A stretch of DNA of 64,000 nt from Flavobacteriales bacterium (GTDB lineage: Bacteria > Bacteroidota > Bacteroidia > Flavobacteriales_F > PHOS-HE28), in the NCBI GenBank assembly GCA_016712535.1, contig JADJQW010000002.1, positions 1,556,458 to 1,620,457 on the forward strand, given 5' to 3'. How positions within the stretch are numbered: the first letter of the stretch is position 1; each line of letters begins with the position of its first letter. Shown one piece after another: positions 1 to 10,200 of this stretch. The notes under the pieces were generated by a model. The model saw only the letters and a program-made list of their open reading frames with translations, was not told where the DNA came from and searched no databases. A program made the translations under genes and the position numbers.

Positions 1-567
1 AAGGACCTCTCCTTCACCTTCGATGCGGTGGGTGCCTTGAAGAGTGCTGCGCTCGAATTCGATCCCACACTTGCGCGCGGCCTCGACTACTACACTGGTG
101 CGATCTTCGAAGTGAAAGCCGCCGAAGGCAACATGCCCGGCAGCATCTGCGGCGGCGGTCGCTACGACGACCTCACCGGTGTCTTCGGCCTCAAGGGCAT
201 GAGCGGCGTGGGCATCAGCTTCGGCGCGGACCGCATCTACGATGTGCTGCTGGAGACGAACAAGTTCCCGGCGGAGCTGGGCGGCAGCACGCAATTGCTC
301 TTCGCCAACTTCGGCGAGAAGGAAGCGATGCATTGCCTGAAGCTCCTGCGTCAAGTGCGCGAAGCGGGCATCGCAGCGGAGCTGTATCCCGACCAAGTGA
401 AGCTGCCAAAGCAATTCACCTACGCCGAGAAGAAGGGCATCCCGTACGTGGCCATCGTGGGCGAGACGGAGATGAACGCTGGCCTGGTGACCTTGAAGAA
501 GATGGGCGCGAATGAGAAGGGCAATGCGATGCGGATCGAAGCGGTGATCGATCTCCTTGCCTTGTGA
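1..567 (+). CDS. hisS: histidyl-tRNA synthetase, C-terminal part (gene starts upstream of window)
   Basis: ORF 28..567 is open to the window start in frame. It shows class II aaRS motif-3-like 'GGGRYDDL' and 'GLDYYTGAIFE', and an anticodon-binding-domain-like C-terminus. Confidence 0.8.
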   Translation, partial: KDLSFTFDAVGALKSAALEFDPTLARGLDYYTGAIFEVKAAEGNMPGSICGGGRYDDLTGVFGLKGMSGVGISFGADRIYDVLLETNKFPAELGGSTQLLFANFGEKEAMHCLKLLRQVREAGIAAELYPDQVKLPKQFTYAEKKGIPYVAIVGETEMNAGLVTLKKMGANEKGNAMRIEAVIDLLAL

Positions 568-652
568 CCGTGCGGACGACATACCTGATCGATCCCGAGC
601 GATGCCCGCATCCGAACCCATGATCACCCACCCCGGCTGGGGCTCGCTCCGG

Positions 653-1141
653 ATGCTCATGGGGTCCTGCCTGGCGTTGTGCCTTGCCTCTGCATGCACA
701 CCATCGACCACGGAGACCGTTGGCGTGAAGAAGCAGGACGTACCGATCCCTGCTCCAGTCGAGGTGGATACCGTTCCAGCATCCAGCAATGCGGTCGAGG
801 AGGAGGACGATGGGCATCACACGGGTGCGTTGGAGACGTATCGGTATTGGGCAGGAGGCGATCCCGAGGAAGGCATGCAGGTGCTCAATGGCGAGTATTG
901 GGCTTCAGCGCACTGGACGAAGGAGTATACCCTCTTCATGGAGCTGCGTTTCGACGCTGCGGAGGACTTCGTCGTCGCCAATAAGTTGCAGCGGGCCAAG
1001 GAGTGGATGGAGGTCCCTGCTGGGGCACCGGATTGGTTCACGCCCCGAAAGGACTTCCAGGTCTGGAAAGGCGAGCAGAGCTCGCTGTACTACCTGGATC
1101 CCAAGCGCGGGCACTTGTACATGTACGAAGTGCAATTCTGA
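653..1141 (+). CDS. hypothetical lipoprotein
   Basis: Internal Met of ORF 557..1141 followed by a hydrophobic signal peptide and lipobox 'CLASAC'. No recognisable family. Confidence 0.45.
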   Translation: MLMGSCLALCLASACTPSTTETVGVKKQDVPIPAPVEVDTVPASSNAVEEEDDGHHTGALETYRYWAGGDPEEGMQVLNGEYWASAHWTKEYTLFMELRFDAAEDFVVANKLQRAKEWMEVPAGAPDWFTPRKDFQVWKGEQSSLYYLDPKRGHLYMYEVQF

Positions 1142-1184
1142 AACGCATGGCGCATTCCTGAAGGAGCCCTGATAGAAATACCCG

Positions 1185-2672
1185 ATGCCGAAACCACACG
1201 TCATCACCACCACCGGTCTCTCGCTCGCCGAGTTCGACGCCATCCTGCGCGAACGCAAACCCATCGCCCTGGCAAAGGATGCCGTGAGCGCCGTGAAGCG
1301 CAGCCATGCCTGGCTGCTGCAGAAACTGAAGGACAGCGACACGCCGATCTACGGCGTGAACACCGGCTTCGGCGCCTTGCACGACCGCAGCATCGCGAAG
1401 CGCGACCTCGCGCAGTTGCAGAAGAACCTGGTGATGAGCCACGCCTGCGGCAGCGGCGATCCCGTGCCTGCAGAGATCGTGCGCGCCATGCTCGTGCTGA
1501 AGGTGCAGAACATGGCCTTCGGCCATAGCGCGGTGGCGCTCACCACCGTTCAGCGATTGGTCGACATGTACAATGCCGACGTGCTGCCCGTGGTGCACGA
1601 GCGCGGCTCGCTCGGCGCATCGGGCGATCTCGCGCCGCTCGCGCATCTTGCGCTGCCGCTGCTCGGCCTCGGCGAAGTGGTGATGGGCGGCAAGCGCATG
1701 ACGAGCGCGGCTGCGTTGAAGAAGCTCGGCTGGTCGCCGCTGGAGCTTGGTCCGAAGGAAGGCCTCGCGTTGCTCAACGGCACGCAATTCATGAACGCTT
1801 ACGCCGCGCTGCTCACGGTGAAGAGCATGCGCCTCGCGCACCTCGCCGACATGATCGCCGCGGTCTCGCTCGATGCCTTCGACGGAAGAATGGAGCCCTT
1901 CCATCCCAGCGTGCATGCCGTGCGCCCGCATCCCGGTCAGGCGCAAGTGGCCGGGCACATCCGCGAACTGCTTGCCGGCAGCGCGATCGCCCTGCGCGAG
2001 AAGCACCACGTGCAGGATCCGTATTCGTTCCGCTGCATCCCGCAGGTGCATGGCGCCAGCCGCGATGCCATCGCGCACGTGGCCACCGTGGTGCAGCGCG
2101 AATTGGAGTCCGTCACCGACAACCCGACGGTCTTCGACGATGACGACCTGATCATCAGCGCGGGCAATTTCCACGGACAGCCGCTGGCGCTCTCGCTCGA
2201 CTTCCTCGCCATCGCCATGGCCGAACTGGGCAGCATCAGCGAGCGGCGCATCTACAAGCTCATCAGCGGTCAGCGCGGATTGCCTCCCTTCCTGGTCGCG
2301 AAGAGCGGCTTGAACAGCGGCTTCATGATCCCGCAGTACACGGCGGCTTCGCTGGTGAGCGCCAACAAGCAGCGGTGCATGCCCAACAGCGTCGATACCA
2401 TCGACAGCAGCAACGGGCAGGAGGACCACGTGAGCATGGGCGCCGCAGCGGCGATCAAGACCTGGCAAGTGGTGCACGATGTGGAGCGCGTGCTCGCCAT
2501 CGAGCTGCTCACCGCCGCGCAAGCATTGGAGTTCCGCAGGCCCTTGCGCAGCGCGAAGCCCGTGGAAGCGCTCGTGACCGGACTGCGCAAGCGCGTGCCC
2601 TTCATCAAGGACGATGTAGTGATGCACGGCCCGATGGAGGCGGCGCTGGCGATGGTGCGCGAGCTGGCGTGA
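1185..2672 (+). CDS. hutH: histidine ammonia-lyase
   Basis: 495 aa with 'GSLGASGDLAPLAHLAL' (Ala-Ser-Gly MIO-forming triad) and typical HAL/PAL family length and conserved blocks. Confidence 0.85.
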   Translation: MPKPHVITTTGLSLAEFDAILRERKPIALAKDAVSAVKRSHAWLLQKLKDSDTPIYGVNTGFGALHDRSIAKRDLAQLQKNLVMSHACGSGDPVPAEIVRAMLVLKVQNMAFGHSAVALTTVQRLVDMYNADVLPVVHERGSLGASGDLAPLAHLALPLLGLGEVVMGGKRMTSAAALKKLGWSPLELGPKEGLALLNGTQFMNAYAALLTVKSMRLAHLADMIAAVSLDAFDGRMEPFHPSVHAVRPHPGQAQVAGHIRELLAGSAIALREKHHVQDPYSFRCIPQVHGASRDAIAHVATVVQRELESVTDNPTVFDDDDLIISAGNFHGQPLALSLDFLAIAMAELGSISERRIYKLISGQRGLPPFLVAKSGLNSGFMIPQYTAASLVSANKQRCMPNSVDTIDSSNGQEDHVSMGAAAAIKTWQVVHDVERVLAIELLTAAQALEFRRPLRSAKPVEALVTGLRKRVPFIKDDVVMHGPMEAALAMVRELA

Positions 2673-3446
2673 TCACTCCACCACGAAGCGCGACGCGCGC
2701 TCGCCCGTCGGTGTCCGAACGCTCACGAAATAGGTCCCGGTCGGCAGGTGGCTGGTGCTGAACTGGCAGCTGGACGGTCCCGTGCGCACGATATCCGCTC
2801 CGACGTTCCTTCCGGTCAGGTCCATCACGTTCGTCGCGAGCAGCCGCTCTTCCCCGCACGAGACGTAGAGTGTGCCTGAATCCTGTCGGATGTGCGCCGT
2901 TTTTCTCGCCGCATCCGCAACGCCGAGCGCCGGCATGATGCTGAAGCCATCGAAATGGCCGGGATTCGGATTGATCGGACCACCGATGAAGCCGGCATTG
3001 AGCACGAGGATGGAGGTGTCACCGGCTGCGAGCTCAACGGTATCGGTGATGCTCAGGTAAGTCCATGGGAATTGGTTCGTGCCCACGTTCTCCTCCAGCT
3101 GGAAGTTGCCGTTGTTCACGGTGCCCAATCCGAAGTAGGCGCCCAGGCAGATCACATCATCATCGCAACGCACCCAGCCGCTGATGGTGAGCAGGTCCCC
3201 ATCCTGTACGCCGCTCAACCGCTGGAACAGATAATTCGGGAAGCAGCCTTTGGCGTGCCCGGACTCTTTGGAGACGGACCATTGGCCCGCCCCAGCTGGT
3301 GCCTCGTTCCATGCAATGGGCTGCTCACAGGTCCATTCCCAGCCCATGAAGCTCTGCACGCCATTCTGCTCGAAGCTGCCATTGATGAGTTGACCTTGGG
3401 CGAGGCCCGCGCTGCACAGGCCAACAAAGAGCAGGAGTCGGTTCAT
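2673..3446 (-). CDS. secreted hypothetical protein with T9SS C-terminal sorting domain
   Basis: Signal peptide 'MNRLLLFVGLCSAGLAQG' at an internal Met. C-terminal ~80 aa ends 'GTYFVSVRTPTGERASRFVVE', typical of a type-A sorting domain. Its stop codon directly abuts the hutH stop (TGATCA). Confidence 0.55.
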   Translation of the reverse strand: MNRLLLFVGLCSAGLAQGQLINGSFEQNGVQSFMGWEWTCEQPIAWNEAPAGAGQWSVSKESGHAKGCFPNYLFQRLSGVQDGDLLTISGWVRCDDDVICLGAYFGLGTVNNGNFQLEENVGTNQFPWTYLSITDTVELAAGDTSILVLNAGFIGGPINPNPGHFDGFSIMPALGVADAARKTAHIRQDSGTLYVSCGEERLLATNVMDLTGRNVGADIVRTGPSSCQFSTSHLPTGTYFVSVRTPTGERASRFVVE

Positions 3447-3528
3447 GGGCTGGTTGCTGTCTGCTGCAATGACGCGCAACGGGACCCAAGCGCTGCCTTC
3501 GTTGGGTACGCCCAACCTTTGCTGCGCG

Positions 3529-4179
3529 ATGGATCTCTACCTGCTCCCCGGCCTAGGTGCCGATGGCCGCCTCTTCAGCAAGCTGAAGTTGCCCGGCCAT
3601 GAGAAGCACGCGCTGGACTGGCCGCAGATGCCCGATGGCAGCACGCTCCGCGACTACGCCGAGGTGCTGGCTCGCCGCGTGGACGCCACGAAGCCGCATG
3701 CCCTCATCGGCGTGAGCATGGGCGGCATGGTGGCACAGGAGATGGCCATGATCACCAAGCCGGCGCGAACCGTCATCATCAGCAGTTGGAAGGGTCCGCA
3801 CGAGATGCCCGTGCACCTCCGCTTGCTGCGCGGCACGCATGCGGAGAAACTGCTCACGCCGGCCTTCATGAAACGCGTGATGCCCGTGGTGCGCTACCAA
3901 ATGGGATTGGAGACGCCGGAGGACATCGCGCTCTTCGATGCCTTCACCTCCGCGATGCCATTGGCGCAGCTGCGCATCCAGATCGCCGCAGTGATGGGGT
4001 GGGAGGGGCCCGCTCAACCGGTGAAGGGATTGGCCCATATCCACGGCGACCAGGACCGGCTGATGCCCTTCGGGTCCATTAAAGGAGCAGAGGTGATCCG
4101 GGGCGGAGGGCACTTCATGGTGTTCAACCGCGCCGGCGAGGTCGGTTCGGCGATACAGAAGGCGCTTTCGTCGATCTAG
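3529..4179 (+). CDS. alpha/beta-fold hydrolase
   Basis: 'LIGVSMGGMVAQ' GxSxG nucleophile elbow, ~215 aa, start chosen at 'MDLYLLPGLG'. Confidence 0.6.
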   Translation: MDLYLLPGLGADGRLFSKLKLPGHEKHALDWPQMPDGSTLRDYAEVLARRVDATKPHALIGVSMGGMVAQEMAMITKPARTVIISSWKGPHEMPVHLRLLRGTHAEKLLTPAFMKRVMPVVRYQMGLETPEDIALFDAFTSAMPLAQLRIQIAAVMGWEGPAQPVKGLAHIHGDQDRLMPFGSIKGAEVIRGGGHFMVFNRAGEVGSAIQKALSSI

Positions 4180-4293
4180 TTAAAGGCAACGGACCCCGCT
4201 AAGCGTTCGTCCATCTACAGCGGCACGGTTGATAACCCGGGCCAATGACCCCAACCTAGCCTTGAGCGCCCCGGTAGTTTCGCACCCGCAGAA

Positions 4294-7200
4294 TTGCGCC
4301 CGTACATGAGCTTCATTCCCAAAGCCTTGGCCCTCGCGGTCCTAGGCTTCGCTTGCAGCGAGGTGTGGGCGCAACCGTGCAACCTGAGCGTGAATGCCAC
4401 GCCGAACAATCCGCAGAGCATCTGCGAAGGGTCATCTGTGCAGCTCAACTCGAATGTCAGCAATGGCAATGCACCGTACACCTACAACTGGACCCCAATA
4501 GCGGGACTGAGCGATCCCGCCATCGCCAACCCGGTGGCCAGCCCCACCACCAACACGGTGTACACGCTCACCGTGACGGACGACGATGGCTGCACGGACA
4601 CCGACCAGGTCACCGTGAACGTGAACGCTGCAGCGCCTGCCGCGCTCACGAGCACGGGCCCCGAGCAGATCACCACGTTCAATGGACTCACCACCTTCAG
4701 CATCTGCGATCCCAGCGGCAGCTTCCCGTTCAGCTTCACCGATCAGACCGCAGGCGGCACCTCGCGCGCGATCAATTGGGGCGATGGCAGTCCGGTGGTG
4801 AACCCCGCGCAGGGCTGGAGCCTGAGCCACACCTACAACCAAGGGCTGTGGACCATGACCTACACGGTGAACTACGCCAACGGCTGCACGCGCACGCAGC
4901 AGTACCAGGTCTTCCTCGGAACGAATCCAGGCGGCGGCATCAGCACCGATCCCAATACGAACATCTGCACAGGCGCAACGCTGCCCTTCTACATCAACAG
5001 CGTGGCCGGCAATTCGCCCGGCACCACCTACATCATCAACTTCGGCGATGGCAACAGCATCACGCTGAACCACCCTCCGCCAGCGTCGGTCAACCACACC
5101 TACCTCACCAGCACTTGCGGACTGCCCGGCGGGCAGCTCAACGTCACCTTCACCGCGCAGAACCCCTGCGATCAAACGCAAGGGCAGATCGGTCCCATCC
5201 GCGTGAGCGAGACGCCGGTAGCGCAGTTCACGCAGAGCACGGACACGGCCTGCGTGAACACCACGGTCACCTTCACCGACCAGAGCATCGGCCTCACCGC
5301 TCCAGGCTGCGCCACCCCGCCGCGCAACATCTGGAGCATCGCGCCATTGGCAGGCTGGACCCTCGCGAGCGGAACGCTCGGCAACGACAATGGCCAGCCG
5401 GCGAACCCCGGTCTCTGGACCGATGGCAGCACCAGCATCGGCGTGCAGTTCACCGCGGCCGGCACCTACACCATCACCGACCGCACAGGCAACAGCTGCG
5501 GCACGCACACCCTGCAGCGCACGGTTTGCGTGGAAGAGCCGCCTGTACCATCGTTCACCTTGGTGCCAGCCGTGGGTTGTGCGCCGTTCCAGCCGGTGAA
5601 TGACAACACCAGCACCTTCGGGCAGAACTGCCTGCTCACGCACGAATGGACCTTGAATGGCGTGGCCAGCGCGTGCGGAGGTCCGGCGTGGAGCTTCGCC
5701 AGCGGCAACGCGGCCAGCCTTGAGCCGCAGTTCGTGTTCACTGAGCCCGGCACCTACACCGTGCAGTACCGCGCCATCAATTCGTGCAACGTGGCGCCGG
5801 TGCAGCAAGTGATCACCGTGAACGCGCCACCGCAGGTGAACCTGAACGCGCTCTCCGGCATCTGCGCAGGTCAATGCGTGAATCCATCGGCCGTGGTGCA
5901 GCCATGCGGCGCCGCGATCAGCACCTACGCCTGGACCTTCCCCGGCGGCGCGCCCGCCAATGCGAATACCGCATCGCCGGGACAGGTGTGCTTCGCGAAC
6001 GCTGGCAACCAGACCATCTCACTCACAGTGACCAATGCGTGCGGCAACGCCACGGTGAACCAGAACCTCGCCATCGGATCGGCACCGCCGCTGCCGGTGG
6101 TGGCCAGCAACAGCCCGGTGTGCGCAGGGCAAACGCTTTCATTGAGCGCGGCGCTCATCCCCGGCGCCACATTCCAGTGGACGAATCCGCAAGGCGCCGT
6201 GATCAGCAATTCGCCTTCGGTGACGATCAACAACGTGAGCGCGGCGAACGCAGGGGTGTATTCCGTGGTGGCCATCAGCAACGGCTGCACCGGCCCGGCC
6301 GCAACGGTGAATGTGCAGGTCATCGCTGCGCCGAACGTGACCGTGGACCCGCCGAGCGCTGCGATCTGCAATGGACAGAGCACCATGCTCACGGCCAATG
6401 GCGCAGGGAACTATCAGTGGTTCATCGGCGCCTTGCAGATCGGCACGGGGCCCACGCTCACCACCTCTCCGGCGTTGACCACGATCTACACGGTGAGCGG
6501 CGATCTCGGTGGCTGTCCCGGAAGCGCTACGGTGACGGTGACTGTATATCCCTTGCCGCTCGTGAATGCGGGCGCTGACCAGACCTTCTGCGATCAAGCG
6601 ATCCCCGTGAACCTCGTCGGGAACCCCGCACCCGGGACCTGGAGCGGTGCGGGTGTCACGGCGGGCGGCGTCTTCACGCCCACGCCCGGTCAATTGGGCA
6701 CGGTCACCTTGACCTACACGCACACCAACGCCAACGGTTGCACCAGTTCGGATCCCGTGGACATCACGGTGCAGCCCGTGCCGGTGTTCGCCGATGCGGG
6801 GCCCGATGCCACGATCTGCCAGGGCAACACGCCGGTGCAACTCAATGGATGGAGCCCTGCGGGCGGCACTTGGGTGGGCGCTGGCGCGGGCGGATGGTTC
6901 ACGCCCAGCAACACGGGCAATTTCAATGTCACCTACAACTATGGAACGGGCACTTGCGCCACCAGCGATCAAGTGGTGGTGAGCGTGGTCCCGGCGACCT
7001 TGCTGAACGTGATGCCCGCCTTCGCGCAATGCGCCGATGAAGCCCCGACTGCGCTCGTGGGCAATCCGGCCGGCGGCGCCTGGACGGGCAACGGCGTGAG
7101 CGGCCCGCCGTGGCAATTCGATCCCGGTTCAGCGGCACAGGGAACGCACACGCTCACCTACACCTTCAACAATGCGAACGGCTGCGTCTCCTCGGCCACG

Positions 7201-10200
7201 GTGAGCGCCACGGTGAACCCCTTGCCCAACGTGAACGCCGGGCCCGATGTGGTGCTCTGCGATCAACCCATCCCGTACCAGCTCAGCGGGGCGCCCGCTG
7301 GCGGCACTTGGAGCGGCAGCACCATCGCGGTGACGCCCACCGGTGAGATCACCCCCAACGGCGTGGCCACTGACGTGCTCACCTACAGCTTCACGGATGG
7401 CAACGGCTGCACGGCCAGCAATCAGCTCACGGTCGATATCCAGCCCATCATCAACCCGGCCTTTGCGGGGAACGACACCAGCGTCTGCGTGAACAGCGGC
7501 GCATTGCAGTTGAATGGCTCGCCCATCGGCGGCACCTGGAGCGGTTCTCCGCAAGTGACGGCCGGCGGCTCCTTGAGCACGAACGTGCCGGGCTCGTACA
7601 CGCTCACCTATTCGTTCGGAACGGCCACGTGCCTCCTGCAGGACCAGATCAACGTGGTGGTGAATGCGCTGCCGGTGGTCGATGCGGGCACCGACATCAG
7701 CGTGTGCCTCGATGGCGGCGTGCAGCTGCTCACCGCCGATCCGCCCGGAGGCACCTGGAGCGGGGCAGGCGTGGATGCGGCCGGCAACTTCGACCCGACG
7801 CTCGCGCTGCCCGGCGGCAATCCGGTCACCTACGATTACACCGATCCGCTCACGGGCTGCAGCAATAGCGATGGTGCCACGGTCACCGTGCAATCGCTCC
7901 CCGTGGCGGGCTTCACCAATGCGCCGGTGGCCTGCGCCAATGTGCCCTTCCAGTTCACCAACACCAGCGCGAACTACAGCGGCTCGGAGTGGGACTTCGG
8001 AGATGGCGGCGGCTCGATCGCTGATTCGCCTTTCCATGTGTTCACGGCAACCGGATCCTACGACGTGACGCTCGTGGTGAGCACCGGCGCCAATTGCACC
8101 GACACGATCATGAGCACCGTGCTGGTGTGGGACGTGCCCGATGCGGAACCCGTGCTCTCCACCGATAACGGTTGCGGCCCGCTCACGATCGACTTCGACA
8201 ACAATTCGGTGGGCGATGGCCTGAGCTATTGGTGGGACTTCGGCGGGCTGGGGACAAGCGCCCTTCAATGGCCGCCGCCCTTCACCTTCCCGATGGATCC
8301 GCAGGATGCGATCGTCTACCCCGTGACGCTCACCGCCAGCAATGCCTGCGGAATGGATGCGCAGACGATCAATGTCACGGTGATGCCTTCGCCCACTGCG
8401 GTCTTCGGCCCGAACGTGGATGAGCACTGCGCCTTCAGCCAGGTGCCCTTCGCGAACGTGAGCTTCGGCCTGCCCGACAGCTTCCAATGGGACTTCGGCG
8501 ATGGCGCCACGAGCACTTCGGCGGCAACGATCGTCACGCACGCCTACGCGGCCGACACGGTGAACACGCCGTACACGATCACGCTCATCGCCAGCAATGC
8601 CTGCGGAAGCGACACCGCGCAGTACACGATCACGGTGCTGCCCAATCAGGTCACCTCCTTCTTCAACCTGGATCCCGTGCAAGGCTGCGCGCCGCTCACT
8701 GTGGAGCTCACGCACATCACCGCTGGCGATACCGCGCTGTACTGGACGCTCGGCGATGGCAACGTGAGCATCGCGGCTGACCTTTCGCACACCTACAACC
8801 TGCCAGGCACCTACACCGTCACGCTTGAGGCCTTCGGCTGCGGCTATGACAGCTACAGTCAGGAGGTGACGGTGTTCCCCGCGCCTTCGCCCGCGTTCAG
8901 CGTGGCGCCTCAGGGCACTTGCGTGGGCGGGGAGTTCACCTTCACGAACACCTCGCCCGGCATCAGCGGCTCGCAGTGGGACTTCGGTGATGGGACCACC
9001 AGCACGCTCACCTCACCCACGCACAGCTACGCCACCAGCGGGGTCTTCCCGGTCACGCTCACCGTCACGAGCGCGCTCAATGGATGCACCGCCACCATCG
9101 CCCAATTCGTGAATGTGAGCATCACCCCGGTGGCCGCATTCACGCCGATGCCCGACAACGGCTGTATCGACCTCGACGTGGCCTTCACGAACCAGAGCAC
9201 CGGCGCCAGTTTCTACCAGTGGAGCTTCGGCGATGGCAATACCAGCGGCCTGGCAGAGCCCTTCCACACCTACACGCAGGCAGGCACCTACACGGTGACC
9301 ATGATCGCCGAGAACGTGAACGGCTGCGCCGATACGGTGAGCCTGAACGTGGTGGCCCATCCGCTGCCGGATGCGCTCTTCACGCTCTCTCAGGCGCAGA
9401 GCTGCGTATCGCCGGTCACGATCCAGTCGATCAATGCATCGCAAGGCGCCATCGGGTATTCGTGGGACCTCGGCAATGGCCAGACCTCCTTGCTGAACCA
9501 GCCGGCCATCACCTTCGATGCGCCCGGCACCTATACCGTAACGCTCACGGCACTGAACCAGTACGGTTGCACGGATACGCACGCCGTTGACTTCACGGTG
9601 CATCCCACGCCGGAGGCTGCCTTCACTGCCCAGCCGCAGCCCGCGTGCGAAGGGCGCCCCATCGAGTTCGTCAATCAATCGCTCAACGCTTCCTCGTTCC
9701 GCTGGCGCTTCGGCGATGGCAGTCAGAGCAACGCCGATGCGCCCTTGCACAGCTATGCCCAGCCGGGGCAGTACACGGTGACGCTCATCGCCACGGGCGC
9801 CGGCGGATGCACCGATACGCTGATCGCCGTGAACGCGATCACGGTGAACCCGACGCCGATCGCGGATTTCACCGGCGATACCCTGGTGAGCGTGCGCAAC
9901 GCCATCCAGTTCAGCAACCTGAGCCAGGGCGCCGTGCTCTACACCTGGGATTTCGGCGATGGTGAAGGCAGCGATGAGACGCACCCGCTGCACCTTTTCC
10001 CGGCCGATGGCGGCCTCTTCACCGTGTGCCTCGTGGCGGTGAACGAGTTCACCTGCCCGGATACGATCTGCAAGATCCAGCCCGTGGGCAGCGACCCGAT
10101 GATCTTCGTCCCCAACACCTTCACCCCGAACAACGACGACCGCAACGAGGTGTTCCGGCCGATCATCGCCGGCTATGAAGGCTGGCGCTACAAGCTCACC

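Noticed and set aside
1038-2627. 529-aa minus-strand ORF overlapping hutH; similar long antisense ORFs at 4432..5874, 7129..8790, 9013..10353, 10672..12306, 23867..25624, 25270..27111, 27624..28625, 29774..31675, 32025..33689, 36528..37898, 51839..53482, 54565..55899, 57565..59469, 60474..63347 and 60926..63316
   Set aside because: These sit within or antisense to genes that have clear conserved-domain content. Their translations are low-complexity and Arg/Ala/Gly/His-rich, as expected for stop-poor frames in ~65% GC DNA.
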